Source: Antedon mediterranea (Eukaryota > Animalia > Echinodermata). Taken from it: a stretch of DNA of 64,000 bases. Where the stretch lies: positions 5,658,422 to 5,722,421 of the forward strand of contig NC_092678.1 of NCBI RefSeq assembly GCF_964355755.1, read 5' to 3'. Below the pieces are notes generated by a model. It ran no database searches, was not told the DNA's origin, and was given only the letters and a program-made list of their open reading frames with translations. Of this stretch, positions 24,490 through 37,952 are shown piece by piece. Both the position numbers and the translations under genes were made by a program. The stretch's first letter is position 1. The number at the start of each line of letters is the position of its first letter.

Positions 24490-24935
24490 GGATAGTTAAA
24501 CCATAAAATTTGTTATGATACATGTCCTTATAAGGGCACCTTGTTTTAACAAATTCTATGAAGATATTCCATATTTTTTTAAATAAACGCCCCATGTTGT
24601 TCAGGAAGATTTTTAGGGGGGTATTTATTCGAGGGAAGCGTTTGTTCGGGGAAACGTTTATTTTTTGGATGTAATATGGTAACATTTATATTCAAATGAA
24701 CACCATTAATATCAAGAAGTGATAAAATACAGTAAAAATTGTATCCAAATGCTTGGTAAATTTTAGATAATGTCAATCAATGAATTCTACTACAAATAGA
24801 AAGGTGTTGTAATACAATATTGTATATATATATATATGCATGTGGCTGGGGTTTATTCCTAGAAATAAAGGCCCCAGGGCATTTATTCGAGGAGGAGTTT
24901 ATTCTAAATGATGTTTATTCAAAGCACATACTGTA
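24490..24935. repeat. Old 'tttattcgagg' DNA-transposon-like repeat (pogo/Tc1-like); paralogs about 4570-5459, 19280-19800, 59510-61480; inverted piece 49735-50060
   Basis: Repeated gcgtttattc/tttattcgagg motifs; the copy ending at 5459 finishes ...tacggta; boundaries approximate. Confidence 0.45.
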
Positions 24936-25989
24936 TGTGCAAATTGTGTTTTTGAGCATTTGGACACTAATTGTTGTGACATTTGTTTTCAAAATTTCTG
25001 CAGTTTTTATAACATACATAGTTCACATTAAGATCCATTACACTATGACTTCACATTTCATTTCATAGAATGGTTATTTCAAAAAATTAATTTTTTTATG
25101 GAGGTAAAGAGTATTAATTGAAGTATTGATATAAAAGAGTGATTGTTCTTTCACGTTTGTGTACTCTATAAATGATAGAAGTTTTTACATTTTTGTGATT
25201 TCTAGTATGTTATTTGTTTAATACTGAAATTAACATCTTAGAAAAAGTTTAAATGTCAGAATAACTCTCATTGTAGACTGATGTACACATGATGTTCCAC
25301 TGAGAAATCTTCTGAAATCTCTGCTTCCTTTGGGAGTTCCTCCACTTGCAATTTATTTTATTCTAAATCTTATTAAAAATTTAGTTTGGTAAAGATTATT
25401 TTGATTATTAGTTTGCTAAGATTAGTTTGATTATTTAGGTTCTAAGGTCTTGAATTATTGTGGTGAGCAGTGTTTCTCTCTCTTGATATTGTGTCTTTTT
25501 CTCTAGAAAATGCCCTAGAAGTTGCCATCTTGAAGGAGTAATCTTGAATAAAGGATAAATGTACCTTCACATCTGTTATAATTTCCTGTTAGATATAAGT
25601 TGGTATATTAATTTTGTGAAGTTGCTTTCTTTTTTAGTTTGTGTTATCATAATCTGTTGTGATGCCCCACATTCTTAAATTATAAGGTAACATTGGTTTA
25701 GCTAGAGAGTTTTTTTTTTCATTTCATACACATCCAACATCAAGAAAAAACTCGCCAATTACAGGATGGATAAACTATTTCATAATTTATCGTGCTTATA
25801 AACTAAAGTCTCATTTGAGGCTTAGGGAGTGGAGTTGAACGAGTCGTGAGTTACAACCCTGGCACTAGGTCAGGATTTAACCCTGGACCTTGGGAAGCAT
25901 GTTAACCACCACCTATCCTAGTAGTAGAGAGGCAACCATTTTGCTATTCTGATATATCTGCTTTCCAATTTCTGAGGCCTATTAAACTG

Positions 25990-26459
25990 GGGTGTGTAGA
26001 AAGCGACGACCTCGAATTGGACGACCCCAATGACCCGGGCGACCTCGATTTGGACGACCTAGAATTGGACGACACATAACACGAAACCGACGACCCCTAT
26101 AGCCTAGCCTAGGCCTAAGTGTGGTATAACATCCTGAAGCCGAACATAGCCAAAGATCTATATATATAATACTCGCAAGCAAGCAATAAAAATTCTATTG
26201 AGACTCTATAGAGATTCTATAGAAACTCTGTAAAAATTATAATCTATAGAAACTCTATAGAAATTCTATGGAGACTCTAAAGAAACAGACACGAACAGAT
26301 ATGGAACGCCAAGAGTGCATCATTAAAACTGCATTCGACTCGATTAGCACACGACCTGGTTTGCCATGTTTATGATATTTCGTGTTATGGGTCGTCCAAT
26401 TCTAGGTCGCCCGGGTCGTTGGGGTCGTCCAATTCGAGGTCGTCGCTTTCTACACACCT
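25990..26459. mobile_element. MULE-like MITE, duplicate of 6474-6928
   Basis: Same TIRs; perfect 10-bp TSD tattaaactg (25980-25989, 26460-26469). Confidence 0.78.
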
Positions 26460-27236
26460 TATTAAACTGTGTTCCAGATACATTGTGTAGAGTTGGATAC
26501 GTCAGTGTAGCTCCTTTAATTTGTAAATTTAAACCTGTTTGATTTCAAAAGAAACCTTATATGTCAAGTTTAATCGACTTTCAAAGTTTTGGCCATTAGT
26601 AATTTGTGTTGCAAAAGCAAAAGGCAGTCATTTTAAAAACAAATTCTATGACATAAACGACAATAGTTCGATAAAAATAACTGAAAGTGAGGTAATGAAA
26701 AAACTAACTTATAGTCGACTGATGAGAATATAATCCAATCTATTTAACACAAAATAAACAAGTATAACATGACAATATAATATTATTTATTTAATATTTA
26801 TTTCATAAACTTCCCAAAAAGTTAAACAATACAAAACATAATAAGAATCTACAAAAATATCATAAATCATACGATATTCAAATAGTCAATAATCTAAACA
26901 AAAGGTTATTCTTGATAATTATGAAATACACAAATAATAATTGACCAAAAAGATTGATTTACAGCTGGAAAAAAAACATGAAATAATATACTTAGTAAAC
27001 ACATCATTTATTAAATTTACACATACATAAATGCATAAAAAATAAACATTGAGAGGAATGAAAAAATTGACTTAACTATAGCACTATCAACAACTGTAAT
27101 ATATACAATATATAATATAAATCCTAAGGCAAATAACTGAAAAAATGACAATGCTGGCTGGATCTCAATGGAGATACAAAAAAAAAAAAAGCGAAAAGCT
27201 AAATCAAAACGATAAGTAAAACAGCCAGAAAAGTTA

Positions 27237-27273
27237 GCAGAGCTTTCGGGCAACACTAGCCCTTCATCAGTGC
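27237..27273 (-). ncRNA. Minimal hammerhead ribozyme motif, duplicate of 7712-7748
   Basis: Identical sequence to the first copy. Confidence 0.75.
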
Positions 27274-28244
27274 AAGTGAAGGAATTTGGATAACGTCATA
27301 GTATAAGAGCTGGCAAGTGCTGCCTGGGTGGACAGGAATAAAAGAAATACAACAAAAGGAGACAGGGTTGAGTCTGAATAAGAGTAGAAAACAAAGAAGG
27401 TAGCTTGGTAGAGATATAAACAATTATGCATTGAAACTAAAAAAAACTGTTTTTTTTTTTTCTTTATTGTATCATAGATAATATCTCTATGATTGTATCA
27501 AACAAAAACAATTTCAATACAAAAGGTAGCCAAGATATAGCCGAAGCTAATCAAGCTTGGTACCTTTTATCTTAACTAACTTAAGCTACGAAATTAACAA
27601 ATAAATAACAGAAGAAAATAAAAATTTGATAATGTCAAAAGCAAAACAAAAAATGTTGAATAATAAATAAATAACATAACATAACATAAAGTGATGTATG
27701 TACTATACTGTAATAAACAAAACCATATCAGTTCAATAGACAATATCGGATGAATTAACAATATATAAAACATGGTGGTTAATATTGAAACTTAAATTTT
27801 GGTAGTCAATGGAATAATTTTACCGATCTGGGAGTATGTTCCTAATGTTAAGTCCAAAAGGTACAATACAATACAATATATAATATATATATTTATACAA
27901 CTGTATATTATACAATGCTTTAAAATTCAAGCTCAAATGCCTTTTTGAATCAGAAAATGTTACAAATTTACAGCCCAACTATATTAAAATATTAGTATTG
28001 TAGTAAAATGTTTTAGAAATTTCAATTTTCTTATTATTTTATTTTAGGCACTCATATATATTGTCCATTTTATATTTATTACACCCTTTGTTCTTCATGA
28101 TGACCTCTTTGAAGCAAAGGATAGAAATTACCAATATTATATTTGTGTGTTTAAAGTAAAAGATATTTAGCATAGAAAGCATCTTTTATTTTACAGAACT
28201 TATCAATTGTTTTATTTGGTGACTTTGGTTTTAATTTTAATTTA

Positions 28245-28355
28245 TTACACTCTTTGTACATCTTCATTCTGTCTTTGACCTCTTTAAATGTTTCTTATTT
28301 GAGGTCCAAGATTGGAAGCAAAACAGCATAGCATACGCTTAAAACCGTTTCTTAA
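28245..28355 (-). pseudogene. 3'-terminal GPCR fragment, duplicate of 8722-8848
   Basis: Homologous to the receptor C-termini. Confidence 0.8.
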
Positions 28356-28789
28356 TATTAAATGTACAGAAAAAAGAAGTGAGCAAAGTAGATAAACAGA
28401 GCTTATTATTAAATTACCTACAAAGCACAGTAAAAAAGAAATCTCAACTACAGCCTAAACTAATACCAACAACTGTGATATGCCATTTATCTACAAAAAT
28501 ATTCATAATTTGATGATAAACAATGTTGATAGAATGCTTTAAAAGTATTGAAACTTTCATAATTCATATTCAATTTATTTTTAACACAAAGAAAGTATAA
28601 TATACTTAGAATAGAAACCAGTTTAATCATCATTTAAAGTTTCTTTTACACACTTATACATTGTTTGATTTATTTCCAATATATTACAGTACACTAATTC
28701 TTGTTGAAAAAAAACAAAAATTAGAGAAACTAACCCCATTGACAGTTTAACTTAAAAGAAACAAATTTTAACTGCAGTCTTAAACTTAA

Positions 28790-29117
28790 AGATGTATTGT
28801 CCCCCAAAAACATGAAAAATGAAGATTAAGTAAATCAGACTTTGAATATGTTATTTTGTAGTTTTCATAAAGTTAATCACTACCATAGAAAATAAATAGA
28901 AAAAAATAATGTTTTCACCTATAAATTGACAAAATAAATGGTTAAATTCAACCAAAAACCCACTGGCTGGCAGCCAATTTGGCAATTACAGTTTTTTCAG
29001 GTAATTTTTTTTTTTGATCCAATTTTTGGGCAAAGTGGATAACTACTATGTTACATTAAAATGGCATATTCAACACAATTTTGTTAAGAATTATTTTATC
29101 AGGGGGACAATACATCT
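28790..29117. mobile_element. Kolobok-like MITE, duplicate of 9275-9602
   Basis: Same TIRs and TTAA flanks. Confidence 0.8.
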
Positions 29118-29423
29118 TTAATACAATCAACTGTTATCTGGCACTTATCTGTTTAATCTGGAACAAATTGTTCATAGTTTTTTATACAATGATTTAAAAG
29201 TATTGAAAGATTTTAACATGTTGTAATTTCTAATTAAATGTCTTGCTGACACTTTATATGGCTACCATTCTTATATAATATGCAACAAGTTACAGTCAGG
29301 TGTAGATGTTACTAATATTATATATGTATTTAAAGTAAAAGATATTTAGTATAGAAAGCATCTTTTATTTTACAGAACTTATCAATTGTTTTATTTGGTA
29401 ACTTTGGTTTTATTTCCAGTCTA

Positions 29424-30380
29424 TTACACTCTATGTTCATCTTCATTACGTCTTTGACCTCTTTGAATGTTTCTTATTTGAGGTTCAAGATTGGAAGCAA
29501 AACAGTCTAGCATGCGCTTAAAACCATTTCTTAACTCGGTAATACGCCACCAATATACAATGGGATTTAAAGCAGAATTCATCATCAGAAGCGGTAAACA
29601 AATCTGATAGAAAGAGTATGCAAATGAGTCACAATGAGTTGATGTAATATAGCATATTGTCAATATCTGGGTTGGGAGTAAGCAGAAAAACAATGAAAAA
29701 AGTAGAATACTAAATGTAATAAATACTGATCGTAATCTGGCCTGTCTAGCAGATCTAGCAGAAGCTGATGCAATTTGGTTAGTTTTACGTTTTAAAATAA
29801 TGTAAATAGAAATATAAACAAATCCTATAATAATTGTCAAAGTAAAACTCAAAAAGTACACAGGTAATAGATTGTATATGTCAAAAAATATAAAGAAAAA
29901 CAATACTAAAACTGTTGTTAAAATCCATAAAAAAGTACACACTATTGCCAATTTCTTTTTTGTAACAAATTGTTGGTATTTTATTGGAACAGCAATAGCT
30001 ATAAAACGTTCAATACTCACGGCAAGAACAAATAATAATGAACAATTCATCATTAATAGCCCAACAGTTACAGTTACACCAACTGAATTAAAATACCTTA
30101 TTATCATAAACAACAAAGTAACAAGACAACTTAGTAAGTCAGCAACTGCCAAGTTGACAAGCAAAACATTTGGTTTCTTTCTTAGTTGATGATTACAGCA
30201 GACAACCAAAATAACAAACATGTTTTCCAATATTCCTGCAACCATAATTATACATGTGAGATAACCACTGACCGGATGTATTGTTAAATTCATTGTAAAA
30301 TTATAATAATAATAATAATAATAATAATAATCCAATGAAATACTGTAGTCATCCAAACTATTGATATCTTCTGTATCCAT
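29424..30380 (-). CDS. Class A GPCR, type A copy 2 (318 aa)
   Basis: Intact ORF differing from A1 by two residues. Confidence 0.93.
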   Translation of the reverse strand: MDTEDINSLDDYSISLDYYYYYYYYYNFTMNLTIHPVSGYLTCIIMVAGILENMFVILVVCCNHQLRKKPNVLLVNLAVADLLSCLVTLLFMIIRYFNSVGVTVTVGLLMMNCSLLFVLAVSIERFIAIAVPIKYQQFVTKKKLAIVCTFLWILTTVLVLFFFIFFDIYNLLPVYFLSFTLTIIIGFVYISIYIILKRKTNQIASASARSARQARLRSVFITFSILLFSLFFCLLPTQILTICYITSTHCDSFAYSFYQICLPLLMMNSALNPIVYWWRITELRNGFKRMLDCFASNLEPQIRNIQRGQRRNEDEHRV

Positions 30381-31883
30381 TTTTGATGGTTTTTGCAGAA
30401 TTGGTAAACAACAAACTCATCAGCCCTGTAAGAAAATGTAAATTAAATAACAAGTATAAATACAATTAATTAGACTAACACAACAAAAATATTCAATCTT
30501 CTGTCAAATAAAGTTAAGATTTAGTCAATTCAATAAAATGCTGTCATGACCAATTGTTTACAATAGATTATAATTCAAAATATTTGTTTGTTAGTTTGTA
30601 AATAGTTTGGCTACCCTTTTGTAAAGTCTTCCGATATTTATTTTCCCATTTGAAAGGAAAACTCTTTAAAACTGTCTTCAGGCAGACAATACAAATATTA
30701 TAGTTAGATAGTTAGAATTATATTTCCTGGAATGTTCTTAATTCTAAAGCATATAATCTACTCTGGCAAAATTGTGTTTGGAATCTTTGATGTTGCAACT
30801 GTTTAGGTGAAGTTTGTGTTACTGGGGACGGTCCAATGACAAGCCATTTTAACAAACAAAAAACACTATTCTTTCTTGCCACAATTCGATATTCAAAATT
30901 TAAACTTGACCTGACATGGTTCCATGAAATCTTTATATGGAAGTAGTAATGTGGATTTAAAAAAAAAATGAATTCTAATATTTACCACAAAATGGTTTTT
31001 CACAGAATTGAGTGGTTTTACAATACTTGATATTGTACTAATTCTGAATAGTCACTCCACCTCTTTGCTTTCCTTCCTTATACTCTTATAACAAATTGAA
31101 TACACATTTGTTAATTGATACTAAATTGAATAAGGTTTATGTAGTTGTAATTGTGTTTTTGCTTCTGTTATTGGTGCATTTGAAGTTTTGTTTGTGTTCT
31201 TGGTTTTAATGAGTCTTTCATGTTGTTGAAGCAAAATGCTTTTGTATTTGTCAAAGGTCAAATGCCTAGCCAGTACCATTTCATGATATAATTTTCTGAA
31301 TCACCATAAAATCAGATTACAAATGCTATTTATTTATTTTATTTCATAAACCTCTTGAAGAACAAGCAAAATTGAACATTACAAAATGATAAAATAGTTA
31401 TTAGAAAATAATAGAAAAATAATCTATAATTTACACTATAACAGATTTCATGATAAAAAAGATTAAAAAATATGATTTAACAAACAGTAATTTAAATTGA
31501 AAATTAAGTTTAATAAACGAGGAATTGACTTAACAAACATTTGTATAAAATCTAATGGTTGAACCAATGCTGGCACCTATTTATTATTGTAAGGACAAGC
31601 AACATGTATGTACAATGGTTAAACAATACAAAATGAGCAAATACAATAGTTAATAATAAATAGAAAGATAGTCTATAATTAATACTGTTAATAAATAATT
31701 TACACTATCACAGATTCCATGATAAAAAAAAAATTTAGAATAGGATTTTAACAGGCAAATTTGTATAGAATTAAATTATTGAACCAATGCTAGCACCTAA
31801 AAAATATTTAAACTGGCTATCATTTCTAATAATGTTCTAAATTGTTCCGTTTAGTTTAGTGTCTTTGATTTATTTTCAGTCTA

Positions 31884-32768
31884 TTACACTCTTTGTTCAT
31901 CTTCATGACCTCCTTGACCTCTTGGAATGTTTCTTATTTGAGGTTCAGGATTGGAACCAAAGCAGCATAGAGCACGCTTAAAACCATTTCTTAACTCTGG
32001 AATACGCCACCAATATACAATGGGATTTAAAGCAGAATTCATCATCAGAAGCGGAAACAAAATCTGATAAAAATTCTTAAGGGAGTCACAGTGACTTAAA
32101 AAAATAAAACATATGGATAATAAGTGGGTTGGTATCAAACAGAAAAACAGTGGAAAAAGTAGAATACTAAATGTAATAAATACTGATTGTAATCTGGCCT
32201 GTCTAGCAGATCTAGCAGTAGCTGATGCGAGTTGGTTAGTTTTACGTTTTAAAATAATGTACATAGAAATATAAACAAATCCAACTATTGTGATCAAAGT
32301 AAAACTCAGACCAAATACATAAATATATGACAAACAATTGAATACTGTTATTATCCATAAGGAAATACAAGATTTTGCCAATCTCTTTTTTGTAACAATG
32401 TTTTGGTATTTTAATGGAGCAGCAATAGCTATGAAACGTTCAATACTCACTGCAAAAACAAATAATAGTGAAGAAGTCATCATTGATGCCCCTATAAATA
32501 CCACCAAACCAATTGAAGAAAAAGACAAAACAGAAAATAGAATCATGAACAAAAAGATAGAAAGACAAGTTAGTAAGTCAGCAACTGCCAAGTTGACAAG
32601 CAAAACGTTTGATTTCTTTCTTAGTTGATGATTGCAGCAGACAACCAATATAACAAACAGGTTTTCCAATATTCCTCCACCCGTAATGATAATAGTGAGA
32701 AAAGAACTGATTGGATGTATCTTTGTAAAAGTTAAGTCTACTATCTTTGAAATCCATGTAATATTCAT
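31884..32768 (-). CDS. Class A GPCR, type B copy 2 (294 aa)
   Basis: Intact ORF nearly identical to B1. Confidence 0.9.
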   Translation of the reverse strand: MNITWISKIVDLTFTKIHPISSFLTIIITGGGILENLFVILVVCCNHQLRKKSNVLLVNLAVADLLTCLSIFLFMILFSVLSFSSIGLVVFIGASMMTSSLLFVFAVSIERFIAIAAPLKYQNIVTKKRLAKSCISLWIITVFNCLSYIYVFGLSFTLITIVGFVYISMYIILKRKTNQLASATARSARQARLQSVFITFSILLFPLFFCLIPTHLLSICFIFLSHCDSLKNFYQILFPLLMMNSALNPIVYWWRIPELRNGFKRALCCFGSNPEPQIRNIPRGQGGHEDEQRV

Positions 32769-34206
32769 TCTTAGTTAGTTTCAGCGAAGTAGTTTGATGT
32801 AAGTATAGTTTACTGAACTCGCATATCTGTAAGAAAATTTATAATTCAACTAAAAATAACATTACATTTTTTTGTACATGGTCATAAGAAATAACATGGA
32901 TTCTATATTTTTGTTTTCCACCTACTGTTTACCATTACTGCTCGTCTGCCTAAGTTGGCCTTTATAGATCATTTTTTCTTGAAAATAAAGAAACTTTAAA
33001 TGCTCATAAGCTTACCAATGATAAGTTGGCTAGATCCAAATGTTGATAAAAACACAATTTTTTCCAGTTTCACCATAAAGTTCTTAAGTGACTTTTTAAA
33101 AAGACTCCCAATGCTTATATATATTGTAGCGCAGCGAATAACTTCATGGTAAAAACTGTGTTGCCGATGCTGTTACTGTTAACAAACTAATTCACTACTA
33201 TAGCGATATTATAGAATCACATTTCCTATAATGTTACAATTTCTAGCATTCAATTACTGCTATTATAGTTTTACTGGCGATTGTACGTATTAGATAATGT
33301 GTACCAGCAAGTATATATAATTATGTTGAGTCAAGACAAAATAATTAGCAATAAAAATGTCTAAAAAGATGATGATGCTATTAAGTTTTATTTACATTTC
33401 ATAAATTTCCTGAACAATAAGCCAAATATACAATATTTTGATAAAAATGTATAATAATAATATTGTCTATTTTATATCATTAATAAAGTAATAAAATATT
33501 TACACTAGACAAATTCCATGATATAAACATGACTTTGACAAACAGTTTAAATGATTTAATATTAAACAAAACGTTTTCACCAATTTTTACCCCAATTGAC
33601 TCATTTAGATCAACAATAATGACAAATTGTCAGTAGGAGAGTGAAATATTATTTATACATCCATCATAAACATTTAGAGTGAATAATATTAAATGTACAG
33701 AAAAAGGTGAGCAAAGTAGATAAACAGAGCTTATTTTATTAAAGTACCTACAAAGCACAGATATGAGTATAAAATGAAAAAGCAATCTTAACTACAGCCT
33801 AAACGAATACCTATTGTGATATGCCATTTATGTACAAAAATTATTCATAATTTGATGATAAATAATTTTGATAGAATGCTTTACAAGTATTGAAACTTTA
33901 ATAATTCATGTTCAAGTGTCTTTTTGACACAAAGAAATATATGTACATTTGCTACCATTATACTTACAGTCTATTTATTAGTATTATATAAAGTAAAATA
34001 TAGTTAGCCATAGTTCAATCATATTTAAAGTTTCTTTCATAGCACTGTTTGATTTACTGACATTATTATGTGAATGTATTATTCTTATTTATATAATACC
34101 TAAATAAATTCCTGTCATTTGATTGGACGATTGTGGGTCACATGGCGTGAAATAGTACGCACTATTAAATGATCGTTTATTATGTATATGTATTATTTCC
34201 AATATA

Positions 34207-35631
34207 TTACACTCTTTTTTCTTCTACATTAGATCTTTGACTTACACTAATGGTTCTTATTTAAGGTTCAGGATTTGAAGTAAACCAGCATAGCATACGC
34301 TTAAATCCATTTCTTAAATCGGAAATACGCCACCAATATACAATAGGATTTAAAGCTGAATTCAGCATCAGAAGCGGTAAAAAAATCTGATATAAAAACT
34401 CTGCAAACGAGTCACAATGAGGTGATGTAATGTAACATATCGATAGTAACTGGGTTGGTATCAAACAGAAAAACAGTGAAAAAAGTAGAATACTAAATGT
34501 GATAAATACTGATCGTAATCTGGCCTGTCTAGCAGATCTAATAGTAGCTGATGCGAGTTGGTTAGTTTTACGTCTTATAATAATGTACATAGAAATATAA
34601 ACAAATCCAACAGTGGTTGTCAGTATAAAACTTACAGGTAACACAGCAATGAAGAAAATTAATCTGGGGACTTTACCGTTAAAAATTAAAATTAAGCATA
34701 AAACTATTGTCAATTACTGCTATTATAGTTTTACTGGCGATTGTACGTATTAGATAATGTGTACCAGCAAGTATATATAATTATGTTGAGTCAAGACAAA
34801 ATAATTAGCAATAAAAATGTCTAAAAAGATGATGATGCTATTAAGTTTTATTTACATACTATTGCCAATTTCTTTTTCGTAACCAGGTTTTGGTATTTTA
34901 ATGGAGCAGCAATAGCTAGAAAACGCTCCATACTCACAGAAAGAACAAACAACATTGAACAATTCATCATTAATATCCCCAAAAATACAAAAGGACCATC
35001 TACAGAATAATAAATATAAAATGTTATAATATAAACTAATGTAACAAGACAACTTAATATATCAGCAACTGCCAAGTTAACAAGCAAAACATTAGATTTC
35101 TTTCTTAGTTGTTGATTGCAGCAGACAACCAAAATAACAAACAGGTTTTCCAATATTCCTGCAACCGTAGTGATACAGATTAACAAAGTACTGATTAGGC
35201 TTATTCTTATGTCCCAAAAGTCAAAATGCGTTGTATTTTGCGTAACTGTAAGAAAATGTATTAGTTATTATTTAATAGCAATACTTAAAACATTTGTTTG
35301 TTTTAATCCAATTAATGATGGGTAAGTTACACTAGAAAATAGCACAGATGCTGATGTCAATTAGCAATCTTGAAACTAAAAATTGTATGATCTTTTAAAG
35401 CCCAATTTACACAGACGAGCGGTAACTGTGTAGCTTGTCCCATAATCTGTATCTATCCTAAGCGGGTTTCCGCTCCGCGTTTTGTGGAAATGGTCATAAA
35501 AAATAACATAAATTCTATATTTTTGTTTTCTACTTGCTGTTTACCATTATCGCTCATCTCTGTAAATTGGCCTTTATAAATCATTTTTTCTAGAAAATAA
35601 AAAAACTTTACATGCTCATAAGCTTACCCAT
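34207..35631 (-). pseudogene. Chimeric E/C GPCR pseudogene (C2)
   Basis: Exon 1 ATGG|gtaagc (35628-35631), intron 35246-35627, unique N-terminus MVTQNTTHFDFWDIR fused to a C3-like body; 141-bp insertion in TM4 (34712-34852) with a stop; premature TAA at 34261. Confidence 0.88.
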
Positions 35632-36149
35632 GATCAGTTGGCTAGATCCAGATATTGATAAAAACACAATTTTTTCCAGTTTACCATAAAATTCCTCAAT
35701 GACTTCTTTAAAAGCTCTACTTAGACAATACTTATATTATTATAGCGCAGAGATCAACTATTTTATCAGTTCTCTTTAGTAAAATAGAAAAACTGTTGCC
35801 GATGCTGTTAGCGTTAGCAATATAATGTATAACGATGATGAAATAGAAAATTACATTTCCTATAATGTTACAATTGTTAACGTTCAATTACTGGCATTAT
35901 AGTTTTACTGATGCCGATTGTACGTATTAGATTGTGTACCAGCATGTATATATAATTATGTTGAGTCAAGACAAGACATTTAGCAATAAAAATGTCTAAA
36001 GAGATGATGATGATATATACTGTCTATTTTATATCATTAATAAATAATAACAACTACACTAGATAAATTCCATGTTCTTGATGACTTTGACAAATTAATG
36101 AATGAAATTTGATTTAATATTAAGCAAAACGTTTCACCTGTGCCAATTA

Positions 36150-37885
36150 CTACCCCAATTGACTCATTCTTCACCTCATTTAGATCAACAATAATGACAA
36201 ATTGTCAGTAAGAGCGTGAAATATTATTCATACATCCATCATAAACATTCAGAGTAAAAAAGTGAGCAAAGTAGATTACAGAGCTTATTATTAAATTACC
36301 TACAAAGAACAGTAAAAAAGAAATCTCAACTACAGCGTAAACTAATACCAACAACTGTGATATGCCATTTATGTACAAAAAATATTCATAATTTGATGGT
36401 TTAATGGTTTTTAATTTGTATAGCGCAAAATACAAATAGTCTCTATGATAATGTTGATAGAATTCTTTAAAAGTATTGAAACTTTCATAATTCATATTCA
36501 ATGTATTTTTGACACAAAGAAAGTATAATATACTTAGAATAGAAACCATAGTTTAATCATGATTTCATGTTTCTTTCACAGCACTTACAAATTGTTTGAT
36601 TTACTGACATTGATTATTTATTACAGTACACTAAATTCTTTTTGAAAAAATTAGCGAAACTAACCTACCCCCTTGACTGTTTCACTAAGAAACAAATTTT
36701 AACTGCCCTCTTAAACTAAGTACAATCAACTGTTATCTGGCACTTGTTCTGTGTAAACAAATTGTTCATAGTTTTATAATAATATATGATTTTTATACAA
36801 ACAGATTTAAAAGTATTGAAAGATTTTAACAAGTTGTAATTTTGTCTTGCTGACACTTAAGAAATATATTTACTATATGTTACATCCAGTTTTAGAAATT
36901 ACTAATATAATATATGTATTTATAGAAAGCATCATTAACTTTTACAGAACTTATCAATTGTTTTAGTTGGTGACTTTGGTTTTATTTCTAGTTTATTACA
37001 CTCTATGTTCGCCTTCATTATGTCTTTGACCTCTTTGAATGTTTCTTATTTGAGGTTCAAGATTGGAAGCAAAACAACCTAGCATGCGCTTAAAACCATT
37101 TCTTAACTCGGTAATACGCCACCAATATACAATGGGATTTAAAGCAGAATTCATCATCAGAAGCGGTAAACAAATCTGATAGAAAGAGTATGCAAATGAG
37201 TCACAATGAGTTGATGTAATATAGCATATTGTCAATATCTGGGTTGGGAGTAAGCAGAAAAACAATGAAAAAAGTAGAATACTAAATGTAATAAATACTG
37301 ATCGTAATCTGGCCTGTCTAGCAGATCTAGCAGAAGCTGATGCAATTTGGTTAGTTTTACGTTTTAAAGTAATGTAAATAGAAATATAAACAAATCCTAT
37401 AATAATTGTCAAAGTAAAACTCAAAAAGTACACAGGTAATAGATTGTATATGTCAAAAAATATAAAGAAAAACAATACTAAAACTGTTGTTAAAATCCAT
37501 AAAAAAGTACACACTATTGCCAATTTCTTTTTTGTAACAAATTGTTGGTATTTTATTGGAACAGCAATAGCTATAAAACGTTCAATACTCACGGCAAGAA
37601 CAAATAATAATGAACAATTCATTATTAATAGCCCAACAGTTACAGTTACACCAACTGAATTAAAATACCTTATTATCATAAACAATAAAGTAAAAAGACA
37701 ACTTAGTATGTCAGCAACTGCCAAGTTGACAAGCAAAACATTTGGTTTCTTTCTTAGTTGATGATAACAGCAGACAACCAAAATAACAAACATGTTTTCC
37801 AATATTCCTGCAACCATAATTATACATGTGAGATAACCACTGACCGGATGTATTGTTAAATTCATTGTAAAATTATAATAATAGT
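36150..37885. repeat. Segmental duplication, near-identical to about 47200-48938
   Basis: Colinear match from taccccaattgactcattcttcacc through gene A. Confidence 0.9.
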
Positions 37886-37952
37886 AATAATAATAATAAT
37901 AATCCAATGAAATACTGTAGTAATCCAAACTATTGATATCTTCTGTATCCAT
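36996..37952 (-). CDS. Class A GPCR, type A copy 3 (318 aa)
   Basis: Intact ORF with the type A motif set. Confidence 0.93.
   Translation of the reverse strand: MDTEDINSLDYYSISLDYYYYYYYYYNFTMNLTIHPVSGYLTCIIMVAGILENMFVILVVCCYHQLRKKPNVLLVNLAVADILSCLFTLLFMIIRYFNSVGVTVTVGLLIMNCSLLFVLAVSIERFIAIAVPIKYQQFVTKKKLAIVCTFLWILTTVLVLFFFIFFDIYNLLPVYFLSFTLTIIIGFVYISIYITLKRKTNQIASASARSARQARLRSVFITFSILLFSLFFCLLPTQILTICYITSTHCDSFAYSFYQICLPLLMMNSALNPIVYWWRITELRNGFKRMLGCFASNLEPQIRNIQRGQRHNEGEHRV

Larger units (their letters stand above)
24822..34083. repeat. Segmental duplication of about 5333-14530 (offset ~19.5 kb)
   Basis: Near-identical colinear sequence including the same MITEs, ribozyme, GPCR fragment and genes A and B, with scattered SNPs and indels. 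Confidence 0.93.

Noticed and set aside
36205-36549. 114-118 aa hydrophobic ORF repeated at 47255-47611
   Set aside because: Lies in duplicated AT-rich spacer; homologous spacers elsewhere (8850-9100, 14090-14400) are frameshifted; no recognisable motif
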